A DNA stretch of 64,000 nucleotides from Eledone cirrhosa (Eukaryota): NCBI GenBank assembly GCA_964016885.1, contig OZ024745.1, positions 41,664,001-41,728,000 of the forward strand, in the 5' to 3' direction. Positions 23,959 to 35,991 of this stretch are shown piece after piece. A model generated the notes under the pieces. It worked only from the letters and a program-made list of their open reading frames with translations. It ran no database searches and was not told the origin of the DNA. The position numbers and the translations under genes are program-made. Numbering within the stretch: position 1 is the first letter of the stretch; every line of letters starts with the position of its first letter.

Positions 23959-24604
23959 TGAAAAAATGGGGAGAAGAATACTGCTGGTTGCACATGGATA
24001 ACATGTAATAAAATAAGTCCCTCATCAGTGATTTCCCGACGATCATAGATATTTCATTGAATTAAAAATCATATACCTCACGTCGGTGCAATAATAACTA
24101 AATTAAGTTATTAGGACAATTAAAACGCGTAAAGCGAGTGAGACAAGATAACAACAAGGAGGATAGCTAACCGTAGAAAGAAGGGAACAAGCTTCATAGT
24201 TATTCTGTTAGCGTAAGCTAGGTGAATATATGAGCGCTTAGAAAAAAGACCTTTCAGCAGCGAATTCAAATGTGAGAAAGAGAGAAAATGATTTCGTCGC
24301 GAACGGGGTGAAGTGAGAAGAGGAGAAACAGTGAGTGAGTGAGTGGAAGTGTGAGGAAGAGTTAACTGACATGACAGAGGGGCGAAAGAAAGTAGGAGAA
24401 ACAGAGAGAGCGAGGGAGCAGTAAGAGAGAGAGAGAGAAAAAAACAGAATCGCAGTATAGGTAAATATATGTGAAAAAATGGGGAGAAGAATACTGCTGG
24501 TTGCACATGGATAACATGTAATAAAATAAGTCCCTCATCAGTGATTTGCCGACGATCATAGATATTTCATTGCATTAAAAATCATATACCTCACGTCGGT
24601 GCAA
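23959..24604. mobile_element. Element with 133-bp direct terminal repeats between (TA)n tracts (pseudo-LTR-like)
   Basis: 23959-24091 and 24472-24604 differ at only about 2 positions. Confidence 0.75.
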
Positions 24605-24725
24605 ATATATATATATATATTATTGTATGCTGTATGTTCAGATGACATTCTGAGCTAGCACTCTATTGTCAATCTCTTAACAGTACCATGCAAAGAAAGT
24701 GTCATGTTATTCTAATTCAGTCTTA

Positions 24726-24731
<6 letters not shown>

Positions 24732-24801
<70 letters not shown>
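24732..24801. repeat. (GT)n microsatellite
   Basis: Direct reading. Confidence 0.97.
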
Positions 24802-24802
<1 letters not shown>

Positions 24803-26641
24803 AACTATCTTGTGTAAGAACTGCAGGTTAATTTCCTAATTTACAGCTGTAGTTCATTGATGTAGGAGCTTCTTATATAGTCAGACAAAGAAAATATATT
24901 GATTACTTTTCAGATTTAGTTGATAATTCTTCAATATTCTGATATGCTACAATCCTAATAATATATACTCAAGAAATAAATGAAAAAACTTAACTTTGTG
25001 AAAATCAATAACATAGTTATTGAAAGAAAAATCCAACTTTTAGTATTACCCAGGATTTTTGACAGCTCTTTAAATATTTCTTCATTTCATCCTGGTGTGG
25101 GAGGGGCTCCACCAGATTTAAAGTAGCCAAGGCACGCTGTATATGTCATGACAATATCCCTACAACTCCATGAAGAGTTAAGGGGTTCCTTACACACTTT
25201 CATTTCATCAAGTGACCCATTTTGACAGTATCTAAGAGATAATTGTGCCACCTCAGATTTAATAGTTCAATAGAGCTTTAGCCTAATATTTTTATCATCT
25301 CTCTTAACATTTTATTACCAAGCTGCCATCATAGTTGCATGTTAGAACCTTTGTTATGTTCTGTTCTAAATACTAGATAAATAACGAGAAATTTATATTA
25401 CTAAATGCCTTCAAATGCATGATATATTCCAAAATGAATTGAAACAAACGAAATGTTTTTCAAAATAATTAAGGTAATGAAAGTTTTAAGCTCTTCAGTA
25501 ATAGTCTCAAGAACGGACACTTTCAACTAAATGTTCAATTACTAAAAGAGAGACATCTTTACCCAGCTCTCATATCAGAGAGACAGTATTTTTTTAGTTC
25601 GAGGAATATTTTCAGGTCAAAGGTATTCCAAGTCAAAGGTATTCCAGCCGTGGTCAACCTGTCTTTTTGTTTTCAAATTTAATGTATGTATGACAACATT
25701 ATGGAAATAATTAAGTGAGATTTGTGGGGAATTCGGTTGCTATTTCAAGCAGGCTTAATAATCATATAGAGGCTCTCTCATTGAATTATTTCCCAGGTAA
25801 CCACTTATCACCCATGTTTACATCTGAGGTTTAACTGACCTTCTACAAGGTTGCATCTCAGAAAGTTTACTCTGTGTTTTAATGATAGAGTCCATAGTCC
25901 TATCATGAAAAGCAATGAAGTGTCTTGATCAATATGGCAACATGCTGCCCAGTCTCAGAATCAAACCAACAATCTTATTATTGTGAAACCAACACTTTTC
26001 ACCACAGATCCACATGCCTTGTAAAATAAAATTTATAGCTCACTCATACGCAAGTTTAGCTGACATCCTATGAGGTTGCATAACATAGGTAGCGAGTGAT
26101 GTTAAAATTTTGTGACAGCATTCTTTGATTGTACCAAATACTATATCTCCAATGTAAACAAATTCATAATAGTGCAAATCATTACATTCATAACAAATGT
26201 TAGAACCAATACTTCAATATTTGACTATTTCTAGCGAAAGCTTTACAAACTTCACAGTCAAGACCGTTTTATAAAAGCTGGTGTTACTTTTCTAAAACAA
26301 TTAACATCTTTACAGATTCCAATGAGCCATGTAGACATTTGGGAAAAGTTTTGGATAATAAATTCTAGTTATTGGATCAACAACTTTCAGGCGTATTTTT
26401 GTTTATTTATGTTTTTCTGTAATCTTTGCTTATTTATGTCTTTCAGGACCAAAAATTCTTCTTGCTATGAGGAATAAATACTTATCCATTTAAAGTTTCA
26501 GTTATTTCAAAATAAACATTTAATAAATTAAACCATAGTTATTGTCAGTTAAAATGATCGACTAAATATTATACTTATACCATTATAGGTATCTTGCTTT
26601 TTTAATCTCATTTTTTTAAGTACCACTATTATTTCCAGGTA

Positions 26642-26941
26642 GAGTAGTACCTCGGTTCACGAACAATTTTTCTAAGCATAAAACGTTTCGGTTGCCAGAG
26701 TATCACGAGTAACAAACATGCCAACCGGTAACAATAGTTGACCACAAGCTGGAAGTATCGGCGGGAAAGCGTCACTTGCTATGTTACTAGGGTGATATCT
26801 ATCTGTCCCTCATATACTATCACTCTCTCTCTCGCTGTATTTCTCTCAACATTTCGTATAGAAAAATAGTTTCGGCTTACGAACATTTCGAGTGACGAAC
26901 GACTTTCAGGAATGAATTAATCGTGAACCAAGGTTCCACTG
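26642..26941. mobile_element. Tc1/mariner (Tigger-like) MITE
   Basis: TIRs AGTAGTACCTCGGTTCACGA ... TCGTGAACCAAGGTTCCACTG. Confidence 0.75.
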
Positions 26942-27539
26942 GACTTTTAAATTATGAGGTCGTAAAGGCAATTTTTGATGTTTTTAAAGAGAGATATTTA
27001 CCTAATCACAAAGTATTTCTCAAATTTGATGATAGTTTGGGGGTTGGGTATGTCAAATTAGATAACAAAGGTTACATAGAAGGTTTAGTTGCTTTAATCA
27101 AGTTAGTATTAACAGGGAGTATTACGAAGCTAACTTGATATAATTATAGGACGAAAAATAGAAAATAAAAACAATTTTGTCCGTTGGGCGTGGTTGAGGC
27201 ACCACTCAAACTGAGGTGTAGTGTTTGTCTTTGTCCCTCCTTTTCTTTCGTTGCTTGATCCTTTTTTCTTTTTCTTCTTTTCATTTCCTTTTTTGTTCCT
27301 TTAATAGTGTGTTTTGTTTTTACTAGATACTGCTCGGTTATTTTATATAATGTCAATAGTTTTTCATGACATTCTGAGATTTTGTATATTGAATATGTTT
27401 GTTTTTCATTTCAGTCATTCCAAATGACGAAAGAATGAATTTTTCTAGTTGCTAAATAAAGATAAGGGAGGCAACTCCGGATACCTTTTTTAATTTAGTA
27501 ACATTTTAAAATGAAATCATACGCAAGATCAGAACGTCC

Positions 27540-27640
27540 GCGTTCTGTCTGAGGAAGGAACCCCGCGAGGTGGAGTGGCTGTTGCAGCGGATGCCATTGT
27601 CCACGGGAATGCTTTTGCTGTCTTGTCCGCAGGCTGCAGC
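27540..27640 (+). mobile_element. CRE-like element 3' remnant
   Basis: GAGTGGCTGTTGCAGCGG...GGGAATGCTTTTGCTGTC, similar to 58533-58590. Confidence 0.5.
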
Positions 27641-28783
27641 CCATTTACCTCTGTGACCTAAACTCAGAGCCCAATCATCCTTCCCCTCCCCTCCCCTTCT
27701 TCTGTAACACTAGAGTCCTTGCCATTCCCTGTCTTTCCCGTTATTTTCTCTTTTTTCTTTATATTTTACAATTTTACATTCCATTCTTTCTTCTCAATCA
27801 AAATTTTCTTTTCTTCTTTCTCTATTAAACTGTATTTATATGATATATATAATTAATCTCAATTTCATAATTATAAAATATATATATTTTTAAATCTAAC
27901 CATACATACGTTTATGTAAAATAAACATATGTAAGTCTTATGATGACTGTTGTATGTTGTGATCATGTAAGAAGAAGAAGAAGAAGAAGAAGAAGGAGAA
28001 GAATCTTGTTTGAGATATGGTTACAATTACTAGTTGTAGTTATTTTACCTCTTTATTCCACAAATAACCTTAGAAAACCCCCACAAACATTGCATCATCT
28101 TACGCCTTAGTTTTAGGGATGTCTCCATAGGAAAGGAATATACCAACATGCAATGGACCTCCGAAGGTTGTAGACGTTAAGTGTTCCATCAATGGAACAT
28201 CCTGTTCATGAAATTAACGTGTAAATGGCTGAACATACAGATGACACGTGTACCTTTAACGTAATCCCCAGGGAGATTGAGCGTGACACTAGAAGGCTGG
28301 ACTTTGAATTACAGATACAGTCTATCTGATTGGTTTCCATCAACACAATTTCACTCACAAGGCATAAGGTTATAGTAAAGGATACTGGCTCAAGGTATCA
28401 CGCAATGGAATCGAACGCGGGAAATAATGATTGCGAAACGAACACATTAGCCATTTAGTCACACAGCGTCCATATACCTATAGAGCAATATATTGTAAAA
28501 TCAGTAAAATAATACGCTATTCAAATATTAACTTCCTTGTACGAAAGAGTTATTCCCCTTACCTCACAATCTTGCATTTCTTTTTGCCAGAACACCATTG
28601 GAAATTGTTAAAATCTTTGAACAATTATATAAAAGCTACATTTTGTTCTTAACACTCCGTAGCATAAAATAGCTAAAAATGTGTTTGTTAATTAAAATAT
28701 TTATAGTATCTCTGCCAACAGCAACACACACATTCGACGGCTATCACACTGCTTGAATCAAAATAATATAACTCCAACAATGC

Positions 28784-29145
28784 ATGAAGACCATCATCAA
28801 TAACCAAAGAACAGCTGAGGAGAAATGGGCCATTGAGAAAATCAAACTCAACCCCAAAGGGTTCTTTTCCTTTGCGAAAAAACACAAGGTGACTGTCTCC
28901 ACTGTTGGCCCTCTAGTTGATGAAAGTGGCACACTCCAAGATAATGCCAAAATCATGGGTGAGATACTGCAGAAACAATACTGCTCTGTTTTCAGCAATC
29001 CTGATATGGCCGATTTGAGCTGTATCAGTGATGTTAATCCCCAACACACTATATCAGACATAACGTTTGGCGCCTCTGATGTCTTAGCGGCAATAAACGA
29101 AATTAAACACAATTCAGCAGTAAGCCCCGATAGGTTCCCTGCATA
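28784..29145 (+). mobile_element. CR1/Jockey-like LINE fragment (tether region before RT)
   Basis: KLNPKGFFSFAK...VGPLVD...ILQKQYCSVFS...AINEIK.NSA.SPD.FPA. Confidence 0.75.
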
Positions 29146-29305
29146 TATATATATGAAGTCGTTTATTTCGTATTCGCCTCATTCGGGAAACCTCTGGTAA
29201 TGAGGTAATTATATTGTATTGATTTTATACATTAAATTTTGCTCTGATATTTACATAGAGCACTCTTCATTTCTATGACCTTTTCTGTTTCCAACTGAAA
29301 TTTCA

Positions 29306-29367
<62 letters not shown>

Positions 29368-29571
29368 CGAAGGAAATGTGGTAAGGAACCAGGTGGACTA
29401 TAACGCACCAAAGTACTCAATACTTAGGGTAGTAGAGTGGGTAATAGGAAAGAGTAGGACCCCGACGGCTGAGCTCAACCCGTTTCGACGGCTAATTCTG
29501 GATTAAATTTAGTCCAGAATTAGCCGTCGAAACGGCTTGAGCTCAGCCGTCGGGGTCCTACTCGTTCCTAT
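29368..29571. mobile_element. Fold-back Penelope-like terminus: 128-bp palindrome (29444-29571) between (TA)n tracts
   Basis: Arms of 64 bp, 3 mismatches, no loop; contains a 3' half-hammerhead. Confidence 0.75.
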
Positions 29572-29752
29572 ATATATATATATATAAGTATGTATACGTA
29601 CATACATATATGTATACAGACGTACAGTAATATGCATATAGTTTTAATATAGATGAGATTCTACAGGACTAGAACTGTTTCATTCTTTAGATCTTACTTA
29701 CTGTGGTTACCTCCGATTCAACCCGGAATAACGTTTATATATATATATATAT

Positions 29753-30154
29753 ACATACATGCACACATATATATATGTACGTATGGATTCACCGAACATT
29801 TATTATAATGCTCGGCGTGTTTGTAAACAAACATCCCGAATTAAGCCGTACAGTGTCTAGCAACCATCGTTGCTCATTTGTTCAAAACTGACAAAGGAAC
29901 GCTGTACTAGTTTCAAGCTTATTAGCTATCGTCAGCAACGTATACCTTCCTGCCAGATGGTTGAACGTCTGAAAGTATATACTTTCCTTATGCATATTAA
30001 CGGCTGAGCAGCCTAATTTGCATATCGAGTGAGTTAATCGGCCGGGGTACCGAAAACGATAAACGGCTTAATTCGGGATGTTTGTTTACAAACACGCCGA
30101 GCATTATAATAAATGTTCGGTGAATCCATACGTACATATATATATGTGTGCATG

Positions 30155-30159
<5 letters not shown>
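29753..30159 (-). mobile_element. Short Penelope-like element with 97-bp identical inverted ends and an internal hammerhead
   Basis: Arms 29753-29849 and 30063-30159; flanked by (TA)n. Confidence 0.75.
29899..29941 (-). ncRNA. Minimal type I hammerhead ribozyme
   Basis: ACGUUG-CUGACGA-U AGCU AAUA AGCU U-GAA-ACUAGU-A-CAGCGU: 6-bp stem I, 4-bp stem II, palindromic stem III, GUA cleavage triplet. Confidence 0.8.
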
Positions 30160-30217
<58 letters not shown>

Positions 30218-30323
30218 TACTGTACGTCTGTATTACATATATGTATGTACGTACGTATACATACTTATATTTAAGTAACAGCCGTACTAAGAGTGAGAAA
30301 TGAAATTTTGTTTCATTTTTTCC

Positions 30324-30367
<44 letters not shown>

Positions 30368-30659
30368 ACATACACATACATACATACATACATAGATACA
30401 TACATACATACATACATACATACATACATACATTTTTTCAAAACGTGTTTGTCGGCGCGGGAGCTGAATCTGTGAGTCAAATTAGGTAATAATAAAAAGA
30501 TTTCGCAAGCATTAATAAAAACTAGTGCTATATGGAGGTCAATGTTTTTAGTCTTTGTATGTACAACGTTGATTTATGCACACATACATACAAGTACAGA
30601 TACAAGTATAAAGACACACATACACGGGCATACTTGCCTATGCACACCTTACACGCACA

Positions 30660-30808
<149 letters not shown>

Positions 30809-32198
30809 TAATTACTGTTAACACTTAGATTATGATGTCGAAACATTGTACACCCGTCGTAAAATATTCGTAATCATTGTTACCCTCATAAAAATCATAG
30901 AGAAAATATGAAACATGTAATTATATTTGAAAACAATGGATTACTTGGCATTTGTTTCTTTTGCCCCATCGTAACAAGGAATGTATTTCGTCTAATCCCG
31001 AACGTTGTTTTTATTTACAGGCTCAAAACAAAATTAGGTTTTTCAAAAGATATATTTATACAAAATAATTTTCTCTTTCCGTTTATATTTTTACTACCTC
31101 TTTCGAGATATTTTCTCTTGTTGCTGTATTTATTTGTTTTCTGTTATTGTTGTAAGGGAAAAAAACGTAAACTCACCTACTTCACAGGTTCTTTCCTATC
31201 GTCGATCTTGTCCAGTCAGAAATATCCGTGATCAGAAAATTTAAGACATATCTTGAATGACGTCGCGTGAGAGTCAGTGGGCTTATAGAAGATGGAGGTA
31301 GAGTTTCCGTTGAGTGTGATAGAGAGAGTGTCATATATTTATTTATTTGAAAGTGTTGACATCCATTCCACGTATACATCTTATGTTTTGAGTGAGAGCG
31401 TGGAAGAGATGCGCTCCATTTGAAATCCAGGCTGTTGCAGCGTATTGTTCTCATTCAGGAGGGAGAAGGAAGAACATTTGTATCTATGCAACGGTACCCT
31501 GTTCAGAGATTTCAGTAGTTTCGAATGCTAAAGTTTAGTACTGACCACTACATAACTTTCCAGATAGTTCATTAGTTCATTTGGTGCATTTTTTGTACAG
31601 GTCCTTCGAATATCAGTTCAATAGACAACTTAACTGTAAATGGTGACTTTAATATGGAGCAGTAATTATTGATTATAATCAAAGGTGATCTAGTATGACT
31701 TCTTGTGTTCTTTCGGGTGTTCCCAGGTTCTCTTAATCTGCTTGTTTTCCCATTTTTATAGCATGCTTATTTAGCATCCCTGGCCTGTTTGAACGGCAGA
31801 CAAATGGTTCTGATTAATAGCGTAGCATTTTCTTAAGACAACAGGATTTCTGTCGCCGCCAAGCAACCTCCACCCACTTTGGTCGCGCCTACGAACCCAT
31901 AATGTTTAGCATTGCCGAGTGTACGGCATTCGGAGGCAGTTTGTCATAGCATAACACTGAATGGCTTGCTTTCTTCGAATCTAGTCTTTTCTCTGTTGAA
32001 ATACGTATTGTGATTTTTGCTATATTAAAACAATATTTGTGATCCGGCCTTCTGTTGCCTTTGAACTATCTATATACCCGAAACGTTAAGAACTTTTTCC
32101 TGCTATTTCAAGCATTAAACTAATATATTCCTTCCATATACTGTACCGATTGTGTTGTTATTTCTGTTTACCTTTTACACACAGACCCCACACACACT

Positions 32199-32385
<187 letters not shown>

Positions 32386-32582
32386 GGATAGAGCCAGTTT
32401 TAAACTAGCTAGACCATTACACAACAGAATGCTTGATACTTGGAATAGTAGAGTATGACTATTTTAGAAAGAGTCAGAGCTCGACGTCTGAGCTCTTGCG
32501 GTCTCAACGTCAGGGAGTCTGGAACTAGTTGTTGAAACGGCAAGAGCTCAGCCGTCGAGCCCGACCTCTTTCTAATACAAAG

Positions 32583-32643
<61 letters not shown>

Positions 32644-32726
32644 TCTGTTGGGTTTCACTTCAATTTATTATTATAAATTCCCTGTCGGTTAGTTTAATAA
32701 CCGACTGGTTCTTTAGTTATTGATTC

Positions 32727-32774
32727 TCATGAAAGCTCTTTCGTCACACATACTGTGACCTCCTCAGTGAATAC
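32727..32774 (-). ncRNA. Hammerhead-like motif, slightly degenerate
   Basis: UUCA-CUGAGGA-G GUCACA GUAUG UGUGAC-GAA-AGAGCUUU-C-(A)UGA; one extra nucleotide at the stem I junction. Confidence 0.55.
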
Positions 32775-34737
32775 TTTTGTTGTTATTTTGTGTCTCCCCT
32801 TTGTTCTGTCTTACATCATCTTGTTTCTCTAATGTTTTCCTTTTTATATTTAAATGGTAATGTGTTATTTGATGACGTTGATGGCTGTTATTTCTAAGAG
32901 GTTAAGCGACCATATAGGAGCACCCTCGTAATCACCTGCATTTTCATCTTATTTGAATCTATATAATAAATATCTTATTTCAGGAGAGGTTTTATTGTAA
33001 TTTGTAGATGATCTAAAAAATACTATTCTTCCATTTATAAAGATTTCAATTTATTAGTTTATCTTATAAATAGAACAAAAAATAATGATTGCTGTCAGAA
33101 AATTACCCCCCTTGGTTATTCTATAAGTATTATTTACAGGAAAAAGGTAATGTAAACTGTTAATAGATAGACGAGTGGATTCTAGGAATAATTTGTATTT
33201 TGCGAACAAAGAAATTAAATGGATATTCATCGTTTTCGACGTTGAATGTTCTAGTTGTGCTATTAAAGGTTCAACCTGCTCATGAAATTAATGTGTATGT
33301 GGCTGAGCATTCCACAGACACATGCATCTTTAATGAACTTATCAGGGAGATTCAACGTGACACAGCATGTGACAAGGCTGGTTCTTTGAATTACAGGTAC
33401 TGTCCTTTGAATTACACGTACAGTTTCAGTCTACCCAATTCAACTCACAAACCTTGGGTTGATTTGAGGCTCATGTAAATCGTACTTGCAGAAGATGCTA
33501 CGCAGGCGGATCGAACCAAGGACCTAAATATTGCAAAGTGTACTCTTTAACCATTTGGCCATGCAGTGTCAGCAGACAAACAGGTTAAATCGAATTAGTC
33601 CCTAGAGTGTCGTTGATTAGGAATGACCTAATTCCTGACTGGTATTTATTTTACGGATTGTGGAAAGTAGGAAGACAAAGTTACCCTGGATGGGATTCGA
33701 AATCAGAACATAAAGAGGTGTAATTATACACCCAAAAGGAATTTTGTCAGACGCTTTAGATTCTGCCAATCTATTGCTTCTCTAGATAATATTTCTGACC
33801 AATGTTATAGCTATCGTATGTCAACAGTTATCATAGTTAGATATATCGTTTTAATAATTGTTGTAGTTTTAAACACAGATACCCTCATTTAAAACTGTAT
33901 AGACAAGCTAATGAGAGACTGCCTAACCGATTATTCAATGCCAGGTTTTGCAGTTAAACCTTCCCCAAATAATGCCCCCCAAAATCTTAAAACGAGGACA
34001 TCATAAAGAAGGATAACGTAGTCCACAATACCCAATGTTTGAAAAATAGATGGGAGAGGGCTGAACTGGTGCTAATATATGTATTAAATAAATATGTTTA
34101 TATAGAAATGTTTAATATCCTTTAGTAAATTCTTGGGTACCTAATGTGAATTTAATATCAAGCATACACCAGTCTTTAAGAAGAAGCCATAACTCTTTAA
34201 GTTGACTATGTCAGAAAAGTACAGATTTGGGGAGCAAGGGAACCGTAATGGCTGTACTGGGTTCGAACCTACATCACAGACTCTGGATGCATGAGACTAA
34301 GCAAAATTTGCTTTCAGAAGGCTTTTAGGATAATGGTTTAGAGCGCTCAGATGGAATTTAAGAGATACGGTGCTCAATTCTTCATAGCGGTTGCTAGCCT
34401 CATTTTACCGTCTCTAGGGGTATTTTACCCGATTTTCTAAGCTATTATTTAAAATAATTGATTGTGGCTAAAATGATTTTCTGCATTTGGGATGTTTACA
34501 TTACGTATATATGCACTCTGTTCGCTTTTTTCGCGAACTTAATGTATGCGAATTCGCTTTAACGCCTCTTGAAATAAATCTTATTAAATATTCACTTTGA
34601 GTGAATAACGCGATATAACGAGTGTGGTTTTTAAGTTTTTATTTATCAGAAATATTAGATTTGAATTACGCAAATTTGCTTTACGCGCCACGTTCACGAA
34701 CGCATCTTCGCGTAAAAACCGAACACACTGCATATAT

Positions 34738-34795
<58 letters not shown>

Positions 34796-35846
34796 AATGT
34801 GTGTATGTGTATCAATTGAATCATTTTTTTATCTATATAATTTACAGTACTTATACTTTGATTCAAGATTCACTTATTCTCTGGAGGGCCCCGGGCAGCT
34901 CTTCCTAAAGCACATGCATTAATCTGTTCCTGTATACACATGTTTAAATATATTTATGTACCTACACATACACCCGCACAGAAACGCACACACACCGCCA
35001 CGCACATACATACATACAAACACTCAACTCACACACTCACACGCACACATAATGCCCACCCAAACACATGCGTACACATATAACTAGTCTGTGTGAAGTC
35101 GGGGTGTTTCTAAAGGAAACATGGTTCTGAGTTGTCAACGATATATATAAATGAAAAACAGATGGTAATGGATAGACTTATACACACAAGCACACAAACA
35201 GTTATGCTTGCAAAGCCACACACACACACACACACAGACAGACGCACACACACACAGACGCACACACACACAGACACAGACACACACAGACGCACGCACA
35301 CACACATATGTAAACACAAACACATAGTCAATTTGATATGCTTTTATGATTTCGTGTTTGTAAGAATGTTATAAAGAATGGATATGTTATGTTGTTGTTT
35401 ACCCCCAAGATAGCCCTGATCGAGCATGTTTAGGATAAATGGGTTTCCAGTCATGTTGTACATCAGTGACAACATTGTCAAGTATACCACGTAAGACAGT
35501 ATTATGTAAGCGGGGGTGATTTCATGAACATTTGGCTGTTATTTCTAGTAGGTCGAACGGCTATTTAGAGAGTTACTTGTTGAGTCGGATGCTACAGGTT
35601 TTTAAGGTTTGACTTGCAGGTTTCCATGTTTAATTTGTATAATGTTCTGATGCTTCCAAAACCTGTTATAGCAACTGACATATTTGATTGACCATCAATC
35701 CATACATATAATACAATATATATACACCCCACCCTCCCGCACCAAAATTAGACTTATCGTCCCCTACTTTTGCTCTTTACTCTCTTTACTCTTTGTTCTT
35801 GAATGTTTGGTTGGTAGAGTCCATAACACCAATCAAACCCCTTTTA

Positions 35847-35895
35847 TAGATCTGACGAATCCTACGGTTACGCAAGGAAGAAACATTGTAAGCCA
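35847..35895 (+). ncRNA. Degenerate type I hammerhead at a Penelope-like 3' end
   Basis: UAGAU-CUGACGA-A UCCU..AGGA A-GAA-ACAUUGU-A-AGCCA followed by AAUAAA; stem I has two mismatches. Confidence 0.5.
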
Positions 35896-35934
35896 ATAAA
35901 AATCTGTTGATGTTGTAGACGCTCTTGTGTTCTT

Positions 35935-35987
<53 letters not shown>

Positions 35988-35991
<4 letters not shown>

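Noticed and set aside
26923-27138. 71-aa ORF with a protein-like look
   Set aside because: Starts inside a MITE terminus at GTG; no recognisable motif or exon boundaries
31440-31720. Possible spliced exons (ctcattcag|GAGG, ttttgtacag|GTCC)
   Set aside because: No coherent ORF or homology; such splice-like words are expected by chance
32055-32100. TATATACCCGAAACGTTAAGAAC as a hammerhead
   Set aside because: Only the GAAACGUUA half is visible; no CUGANGA upstream, so at most a remnant
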